Of a DNA stretch of 32,000 nt, positions 26,277-32,000 are shown in pieces. Position numbers and translations under genes: made by a program. The notes under the pieces were generated by a model. That model saw nothing but the letters and a program-made list of their open reading frames with translations, had not been told where the DNA came from and did no database searches. How positions within the stretch are numbered: position 1 is the first letter of the stretch; every line of letters begins with the position of its first letter. Source of the stretch: an uncultured Erysipelotrichaceae bacterium (lineage in GTDB: Bacteria; Bacillota_I; Bacilli_A; Erysipelotrichales; Erysipelotrichaceae); the NCBI GenBank assembly GCA_942492995.1, contig OW818653.1, positions 1,710,001 through 1,742,000 of the forward strand. The letters are read 5' to 3'.

Positions 26277-26822
26277 ATGGGGTATCATTATGTAGTACCA
26301 GTTGAGATAAGTGCTCAAACAAAGATACTGGTAAGCCGAGTGATTATTGGGAATGAAGTCGCAAAAATCACAAGTCGTTTTGGGATAACGTATGATTGTG
26401 TATTTAATGAGACTGATATTACGATTGGAATGACGAATCCGTTTAAGTTGAAAGAAATAGAGAATGCGAAGGCAATCATTCCATATAATAGAATAGAGAT
26501 GATTAAGTTTTCAATTGTGAAATTACCGATTCGAAATATCCTCGAGCATGGTCATAATTTCGCTTTAGATGTATTGATTCAAACGAAAGACTCGAGTTAT
26601 CATTGTGAGACATTTGCGTATTCATTACTTGATAAGATGATTGAAATTGCGAAACACAATCATATTCATGTGATTGATCCAATTGGGTTAGAATCGATGT
26701 GTGCAGGTTTATGTGTTGAAGCAGTTAAAGAAAAAATAACACCAATTTATGATGATTTAAAACATAAATATCACTTACAAGATATACGTACATTAGATGA
26801 TCGTTCCAAGGTAAGTTTATAA
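26277..26822 (+). CDS. Hypothetical cytoplasmic protein, no family recognised
   Basis: 181 aa with no TM helices. The SD is a G6 run (AAGGGGGGT) 8 nt upstream. The gene has its own promoter and terminator. Confidence 0.6.
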   Translation: MGYHYVVPVEISAQTKILVSRVIIGNEVAKITSRFGITYDCVFNETDITIGMTNPFKLKEIENAKAIIPYNRIEMIKFSIVKLPIRNILEHGHNFALDVLIQTKDSSYHCETFAYSLLDKMIEIAKHNHIHVIDPIGLESMCAGLCVEAVKEKITPIYDDLKHKYHLQDIRTLDDRSKVSL

Positions 26823-26844
26823 AGGACACTGTCATAGTGTCCTT
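26822..26844. terminator. Bidirectional terminator between convergent genes
   Basis: Stem AAGGACACT / AGTGTCCTT (9 bp, 5-nt loop). It overlaps the stop of the minus-strand peptidase gene. Confidence 0.8.
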
Positions 26845-27880
26845 ATTTGATAATAGGGGAATCTTTTGGATAATGATTTAGCACTTCACAACCATTCTCT
26901 GTGACAAGAACTAAATCTTCGATACGAATACCTCCACCATCCGGTAAATAAATACCAGGTTCGATTGAGAAGATCATGCCTACTTCACATATAACATCAC
27001 TACTTGCGCTAACATCATACGGTTCATGAACTTCTTGACCAATACCGTGACCTGTACGATGGATAAAGTATTCTCCGTATCCAGCAGATTGGATTACGAA
27101 TCGTGCCGCATGATCAATATCTTTAAGTAATACACCTGGTTTTACTGTATAAATTGCGGCTAAATTAGCTTTAAGTACAGTTTGATAAACATGATTCAGT
27201 GTATTATCCTCTAAGAAGAATGAGCGTGTCATATCGCTACAATACCCATTCTTAATACATCCCATATCGATAATAATTGGTAACCCTTTAGTTAAGCGTG
27301 TACCATTTGGGACTGCATGTGGGTCGGACGTATTATGTCCAAATGCGACAATCGGAGTAAAACTAACATCATCTGCCCCAAGCGATAGGAATATCTCAGG
27401 GATAAGGGATGCGATTTCCATCTCACTTACGCCTTCTTTCAAATGAGATCGAACAATTTCCATTGCCTTATCATTTAATTGACTCGCAATTCTCATTTTA
27501 TCCATTTCAGATTCATCTTTAATGGATCGTACTTTATCCGCTATTTCTTCGATTTCTACTTTTAATAAAGGATTCATATGCATAAGTCGTAATAAAAATC
27601 CTGCGGCCATATGTTTATCAACATAAAGTACATCAGATTTTAAATCATGATTAACGAGCTTCATAGGATCATCTGTATCATCAAATCGACGTACAGTTAA
27701 ACCAGTTAATTGGGTAGGAAAAAGATTATTTAAATACAGTATAATTTCGTCTTTCTTAATCAGTAATCCGATAAACCTTTCTGATACATGGAATCGTTGA
27801 CCGACTAAATAAGCTATCATTTTTTCATCCGTAATAAGGATTGGATGATTAATCCGTGCTTGAACTTGATACGCTTTCAT
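26843..27880 (-). CDS. M24 family Xaa-Pro peptidase (aminopeptidase P / prolidase-like)
   Basis: 345 aa. Metal-ligand context DMGC..YCSDMTR, HRTGHGIGQEVHE, SIEPGIY and IRIEDLVLVT. No SD upstream of the ATG, and no alternative in-frame start before an upstream stop. Confidence 0.85.
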   Translation of the reverse strand: MKAYQVQARINHPILITDEKMIAYLVGQRFHVSERFIGLLIKKDEIILYLNNLFPTQLTGLTVRRFDDTDDPMKLVNHDLKSDVLYVDKHMAAGFLLRLMHMNPLLKVEIEEIADKVRSIKDESEMDKMRIASQLNDKAMEIVRSHLKEGVSEMEIASLIPEIFLSLGADDVSFTPIVAFGHNTSDPHAVPNGTRLTKGLPIIIDMGCIKNGYCSDMTRSFFLEDNTLNHVYQTVLKANLAAIYTVKPGVLLKDIDHAARFVIQSAGYGEYFIHRTGHGIGQEVHEPYDVSASSDVICEVGMIFSIEPGIYLPDGGGIRIEDLVLVTENGCEVLNHYPKDSPIIK

Positions 27881-27900
27881 GAAATAACAATAACATAAGA

Positions 27901-27929
27901 TTGATTTATTGGACAGTTTTGAGTATTAT
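27901..27929 (+). promoter_or_regulatory. SigA-type promoter of the cyclophilin gene
   Basis: TTGATT (27901-27906), 17-nt spacer, TATTAT (27924-27929). SD AAGGAG downstream. Confidence 0.6.
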
Positions 27930-27960
27930 ATATAAGCGTTGATAACGTAAGGAGAATTTT

Positions 27961-28476
27961 ATGCGAAACCCTCTAGTCACACTAACTTTAGAAAATAATC
28001 ATGTCATTAATATCGAACTCTTTCCAGAGGTCGCTCTAAATACAGTCAGTAATTTCATCCAACTTGTTTCTGAAGGATATTACAATGGACTGATCTTCCA
28101 CCGAGTTATTCCTGGATTTATGATTCAAGGTGGATGTCCACAAGGAACAGGGACAGGTGGTCCTGGTTATAGTATTAAAGGTGAATTTAATGCGAATGGC
28201 ATTAAAAATGATTTGAAACATACACGTGGAACCATTTCGATGGCACGTTCTCAGAATCCTGATAGTGCAGGTTCACAATTCTTTATCATGGTTGCGGATG
28301 CGCCTCATTTAGATGGACAATATGCCGCATTTGGTAAAGTAGTGTCAGGCATGGATGTCGTAGATAAGATTGTGAATGAAAAACGCAATACGTATGATAA
28401 GCCACTTACAAGCCAAGTAATCGTGAGTGCTACGGTTGATACATTCGGAACAGTTTATAACGTGATCAAAAAATAA
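27961..28476 (+). CDS. ppiB: Peptidyl-prolyl cis-trans isomerase, cyclophilin type
   Basis: 171 aa. FHRVIPGFMIQGG, SMARS..PDSAGSQFFI and FGKVVSGMDVV. Confidence 0.92.
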   Translation: MRNPLVTLTLENNHVINIELFPEVALNTVSNFIQLVSEGYYNGLIFHRVIPGFMIQGGCPQGTGTGGPGYSIKGEFNANGIKNDLKHTRGTISMARSQNPDSAGSQFFIMVADAPHLDGQYAAFGKVVSGMDVVDKIVNEKRNTYDKPLTSQVIVSATVDTFGTVYNVIKK

Positions 28477-28497
28477 ATTCCTTCGGGAATTTTTTTA
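28475..28497 (+). terminator. Rho-independent terminator
   Basis: Stem AAATTCC / GGAATTT with a TTCG loop, followed by T-run. Confidence 0.85.
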
Positions 28498-28534
28498 TTG
28501 GATAATGGGTCTCGTTGTGAGAAAATAAGTACAA

Positions 28535-29800
28535 ATGTTAAAGCGAAAAATAGTTAAGAAACTAAATGATTGGAAAGCAGATGTTGCTCGAAAGTCACTT
28601 ATCATTGAAGGTCCCCAACAAATAGGTAAAACATTCATTTTACGTACTTTTGGTTACCAAAACTATAAACAGGTTGTATATATTAACTTTAACCAATATC
28701 CATATATGAAACGACTTTTTGAAATGGATATGGAACTAGACGCATTAATCTTACAGATGACATTACTCATTCAAGGTGCGAAATGTATACCATATGAAAC
28801 ACTAATCATACTCGAAGAAATAGATTTATGCCCTCCCGCAATGAACGCGCTAATAAAGTTCTCATCCGATTCAAGATATGATGTCATCGCAACACGGACG
28901 ATGTTAAGTACATTAAATAATCCTGAAGAAGTTACGGTCATGCGTATGCATGCGTTAGACTTCGAAGAGTTCTTATGGGCGAATAATGTAAGTAGTGTCA
29001 CAATTCAGGAGATTAAGAATAACTTTCTACAATGTCGACCTGTGCCGAGTGATTTACATAAATATCTTTTGGATATGTTTCGCTATTATTTGGCAGTTGG
29101 CGGTATGCCTAGAACTGTACATGCTTTCCTTAATACAGGTTCATATGAAGGAATACGATTATCACAACGATTTATTAACGAAGTTTATTTAAGTGATATT
29201 GTAAGTCGTGTAGAATTAAATAAGAAATCACGTGCTGTAGAGATATTTCATTCCATTCCTAAACAAATTCGTAATGGAAATAAACGTTTTAAGTACAGTG
29301 AAGTTGCGAAGAATGCGTCGTATCGTACACATTGGGAAAGTATCTTATTTCTCTATCAAATGGGATGGTTATTCACAATATTTAAAGCAGGTCCATTGAA
29401 TCTACCTTTACTTGATAATCGTCAAGATGATAACTTTAAATTATGTGTACGTGATAATGGATGTTTAGTTGGACAATTGGATGATGGGGATGTGGAGTAT
29501 CTCTATGAACCATTGGTAATACAGAAAAATATATTGCTCGAGAATTGTGTTGCGGAATTATTGGTGAAACGTGGTTTGAGAATGTTCTATTCAGAAGATG
29601 GTCAACATCGTTTCTTAATTGCTCAAAATAAGGATCGAAAGATTGGTTTGTGTTTTGATGATTCGAATACATTACGTAGAATGAATAAACTTGTCGATAA
29701 AGGATTATTAGATGAAGCATATGATTTGATCGTAGAACCATTAAACAAAGATCGAAGTGGAATACATTTACCATTGTATAACTTGATGTTTGTGGAATAA
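28535..29800 (+). CDS. AAA+ ATPase of the AAA_14/DUF4143 type, function unknown
   Basis: 421 aa. Walker A-like EGPQQIGKT (family consensus GPRQxGKT), Walker B-like LIILEEID, and the length and C-terminal region typical of this family. Confidence 0.7.
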   Translation: MLKRKIVKKLNDWKADVARKSLIIEGPQQIGKTFILRTFGYQNYKQVVYINFNQYPYMKRLFEMDMELDALILQMTLLIQGAKCIPYETLIILEEIDLCPPAMNALIKFSSDSRYDVIATRTMLSTLNNPEEVTVMRMHALDFEEFLWANNVSSVTIQEIKNNFLQCRPVPSDLHKYLLDMFRYYLAVGGMPRTVHAFLNTGSYEGIRLSQRFINEVYLSDIVSRVELNKKSRAVEIFHSIPKQIRNGNKRFKYSEVAKNASYRTHWESILFLYQMGWLFTIFKAGPLNLPLLDNRQDDNFKLCVRDNGCLVGQLDDGDVEYLYEPLVIQKNILLENCVAELLVKRGLRMFYSEDGQHRFLIAQNKDRKIGLCFDDSNTLRRMNKLVDKGLLDEAYDLIVEPLNKDRSGIHLPLYNLMFVE

Positions 29801-29812
29801 GAAAGGGACAAA

Positions 29813-30709
29813 ATGAAAAAATATTGCGGAATTGATGTTGGGGGTACAAGTATAAAGTTTGCGTTGTTAGATGAAGAGGCAAATATTCTAGAAAAGGGCG
29901 ATGTGGATGTCCCACGTGATAGTTTAGAATCATTTGTGGAAGCGATTGGACAAATTTATGATCGTTATGCGTCTCAGATTGAAGGGATTGCGATGAGTGC
30001 ACCAGGAAGAATCAACTGTAATACAGGATTTATGTTTACAGGAGGCGCATTACGTTATATTCAGAATGTGGCGATGAAAGAAGAACTTCAAAAACGTTGT
30101 CCAACTGATATCAGTATTGAGAATGATGGTAAATGTGCAGCACTTGCGGAATTATGGAAAGGATCGCTTAAAGATTCTGAACATGGTTTAGTTTTAACAT
30201 TAGGAACTGGAATTGGTGGCGGTGTTATTGTGAATGGTAAACTACTTAGAGGGAATAACTTTGCGTCAGGTGAGTTATCAAGTTTCCCTACTACAATCTT
30301 ACCGATTAATGATCCTGTAAATTTCTGGGCGAATATTAATGGAACACGTGGTTTAACACGCGTTTATGAAGAACGCAAAGGTTTAGATAAAGATTCAGTT
30401 AATGGTAAAGCATTCTTTATCGCAGTGAATGATAATGATGAAGTTGCGATAAATGTATTAGAAGAATTTGCGTCTAATTTTGCGAATGCGATTTTTGCGA
30501 TTCAAACTGTATTGGATACAGAAAAAGTAGCGGTTGGTGGAGGAATTAGTTCTCAAGATCGTCTAATTGAAGCGCTTAACCGAAAGGTATCTGATTTGTT
30601 TGATTATTATGGTAAATATACGCCTATTTTAAAACCAGTCGTTGTACGTTGTGAGTTTGGGAATGATTCGAATTTAATTGGAGCACTCTATCATCACATA
30701 TATGAATAA
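29813..30709 (+). CDS. ROK family protein (sugar kinase-like; lacks the CxCGxxGC zinc motif)
   Basis: 298 aa. N-terminal GIDVGGTSIKFALLD, ENDGKCAALAE and TLGTGIGGG. The usual GH...CxCGxxGC region is replaced by GELSSFPTTILP. Confidence 0.8.
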   Translation: MKKYCGIDVGGTSIKFALLDEEANILEKGDVDVPRDSLESFVEAIGQIYDRYASQIEGIAMSAPGRINCNTGFMFTGGALRYIQNVAMKEELQKRCPTDISIENDGKCAALAELWKGSLKDSEHGLVLTLGTGIGGGVIVNGKLLRGNNFASGELSSFPTTILPINDPVNFWANINGTRGLTRVYEERKGLDKDSVNGKAFFIAVNDNDEVAINVLEEFASNFANAIFAIQTVLDTEKVAVGGGISSQDRLIEALNRKVSDLFDYYGKYTPILKPVVVRCEFGNDSNLIGALYHHIYE

Positions 30710-30739
30710 GACAAGCACATAATGGCTTGTCTTTTTTTT
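30707..30739. terminator. Terminator after the ROK gene, shared with the convergent small ORF
   Basis: Stem AAGACAAGC / GCTTGTCTT (9 bp, 9-nt loop) followed by T8 on the plus strand. Confidence 0.85.
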
Positions 30740-30747
30740 ACTATTTA

Positions 30748-30879
30748 CTATTCATCCCCATAATCTTCTTCTTGTGTTGGAACCTTCATGTCATTCGGAT
30801 GTGAATCCTTAGAAAATGTCCCAACAATGATATAGAATAGTACGGGTATGAGTATAATCCAGAATATAAAGTCCCCCAT
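30748..30879 (-). CDS. Unannotated 43-aa membrane peptide
   Basis: My hand translation of the minus strand is MGDFIFWIILIPVLFYIIVGTFSKDSHPNDMKVPTQEEDYGDE. The SD is a G6 run (CAGGGGGGAACTT-ATG) 5 nt upstream. There is one TM helix and an acidic tail. It is in a different frame from the track ORF 30809-31006. Confidence 0.5.
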   Translation of the reverse strand: MGDFIFWIILIPVLFYIIVGTFSKDSHPNDMKVPTQEEDYGDE

Positions 30880-31000
30880 AAGTTCCCCCCTGTTTAATAT
30901 AATACACCAAAATACTTGTATTGTAATAACAACTCGTCATTAATCTATACCGTTCATTTTTGGTGGATAATATGAGACTTTTTTTATTGAACACGATACA

Positions 31001-32000
31001 ATGCATAGTATGAAACAGGTTAAATTACACTATTCAATTGAGTTCATTAGTACATTACTAACCCAATGGGTTTTTACCTTAACACCCATCTATTATGTAT
31101 TGAAAGGTCAGTTCAATCCACTTCAACTTATACTGATCGGAGTTGTATTAGAATCAACGGTATTGTTGTTTGAAGTTCCAACTGGATATCTTGCGGATCG
31201 TAAGAGTCGTGTTCTATCGTTTGCGATTGGGTATGGTTTAATGGGATTAAGCTTTGGGATATTAGTGTATCAACCGAATTTTATCTTTAGTTTGATGTAT
31301 TCTTTCTTATTGGGCTTAGGTTATACCTTTGTGAGTGGTGCACAAACGGCATGGATATTAGATGAATCAGAAGAATCAACTCATCAAACAATCTTAATTA
31401 AGGCAAGTCAATATGGATCTATTGGAGGTATCGTTGGAATTGGTTTAGCGGTTATCATCTCGCTTAATACATCAATTGAAGCATCGATATTCATCTCTGG
31501 TTGTGGACTTGTGTTGTTAAGTTTAGGGATATTAGTGTTCGCAAAAGAAACGAACTATGTTAAACACAATAATGTTCATAGTAATGAATCAAATCTAATT
31601 ACACAAAGTATTAATCTAATAAAATCGAGTTCAATATTAAAATCATTAATCATAATTGCGCTATTCTATGGTTTTGCGAGTGAAGGGTTTGATCGTTTAT
31701 GGGGATTAAAAGTCTTTGGGTCGAATCAACTCACTGAGATTGAGAGTGTATGGGTCATTGGTGGTTTAACCGCAATCGTTTATTTTGTGCATGTGTTTAT
31801 GATGAAGATGATTGAAAATCGAGTTAAGAAACCAATACTATTTATTATTATCCTTAATTCAATCTTAGTATTTACCATAATACTCTTTGCGCAAAGCAGT
31901 ACTATTCCATTTCTTTTATTGTTTTATTCATTGAGTAGTACCTTACGTTCAATTAACTATCCAATGTTTAGTATATTAAACAATCAATACCTTGAATCAT
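31001..32000 (+). CDS. MFS transporter (3' partial, runs off right edge)
   Basis: The frame is open from ATG 31001 (or ATG 31010) to the window end. It encodes multiple TM helices and the MFS loop motif EVPTGYLADRKSR. No obvious SD. It is absent from the ORF track because no stop falls inside the window. Confidence 0.75.
   Translation, partial: MHSMKQVKLHYSIEFISTLLTQWVFTLTPIYYVLKGQFNPLQLILIGVVLESTVLLFEVPTGYLADRKSRVLSFAIGYGLMGLSFGILVYQPNFIFSLMYSFLLGLGYTFVSGAQTAWILDESEESTHQTILIKASQYGSIGGIVGIGLAVIISLNTSIEASIFISGCGLVLLSLGILVFAKETNYVKHNNVHSNESNLITQSINLIKSSSILKSLIIIALFYGFASEGFDRLWGLKVFGSNQLTEIESVWVIGGLTAIVYFVHVFMMKMIENRVKKPILFIIILNSILVFTIILFAQSSTIPFLLLFYSLSSTLRSINYPMFSILNNQYLES

Noticed and set aside
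29436-30002. 188-aa minus-strand ORF spanning the AAA ATPase / ROK junction
   Set aside because: It is antisense to two well-supported plus-strand genes. The composition is His/Gln/Leu-rich and low-complexity, there is no SD, and it crosses an intergenic region. This is the typical shadow ORF of AT-rich coding DNA.
30809-31006. 65-aa minus-strand ORF from the track
   Set aside because: It has no SD and an implausible sequence, and it extends through the probable MFS promoter region. A different-frame 43-aa ORF (30748-30879) with a G6 SD explains the region better.

Overview
Chromosomal segment from a low-GC, Bacillota-like genome using the standard genetic code. TGA works as a stop, and an RF2 gene carries the classical CTT TGA C +1 frameshift. 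By eye there are no rRNA or tRNA genes, CRISPR arrays, transposases or integrases.

Most of the window is housekeeping: two ABC-2 permeases, a GH1 6-phospho-beta-glucosidase, ChrA, a CoA-binding protein, a lipoprotein, two tandem DegV proteins and two paralogous CX5R phosphatases. It also holds a DEAD-box helicase, HtpG preceded by a near-perfect CIRCE operator, an OmpR/HisKA two-component system, a HAD phosphatase and ComFA-ComFC. The rest is a cold-shock protein, SecA-PrfB, an M24 peptidase, a cyclophilin, an AAA_14/DUF4143-type ATPase, a ROK protein and a partial MFS transporter.

The stretch that stands out is about 7.9-13.2 kb. A short PadR-type wHTH regulator is translationally coupled to a single-pass membrane protein with a DUF1700/HAAS-like N-terminal helical domain and to a small membrane-anchored protein. 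Five highly diverged paralogous membrane proteins (215-222 aa) flank this operon, one upstream and four in a tight operon downstream. All five combine an ~85-aa N-terminal helical module ending in a [DN]-[PV]-[KE]-x-Y motif with ~4 TM helices (DUF1129/DUF1048-like). I read this as a possible one-regulator, many-sensor PadR/HAAS membrane signalling array, and it is the best candidate for an undescribed system here.

Smaller observations:
- An unannotated 45-aa TM peptide is coupled to the two-component system.
- An 8-codon mini-ORF plus terminator forms a leader in front of the four-gene paralog operon.
- A candidate small RNA with a C6 loop lies downstream of prfB.
- An unannotated 43-aa membrane ORF has a G6 Shine-Dalgarno.

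All family assignments come from motif recognition by eye; no searches were run.
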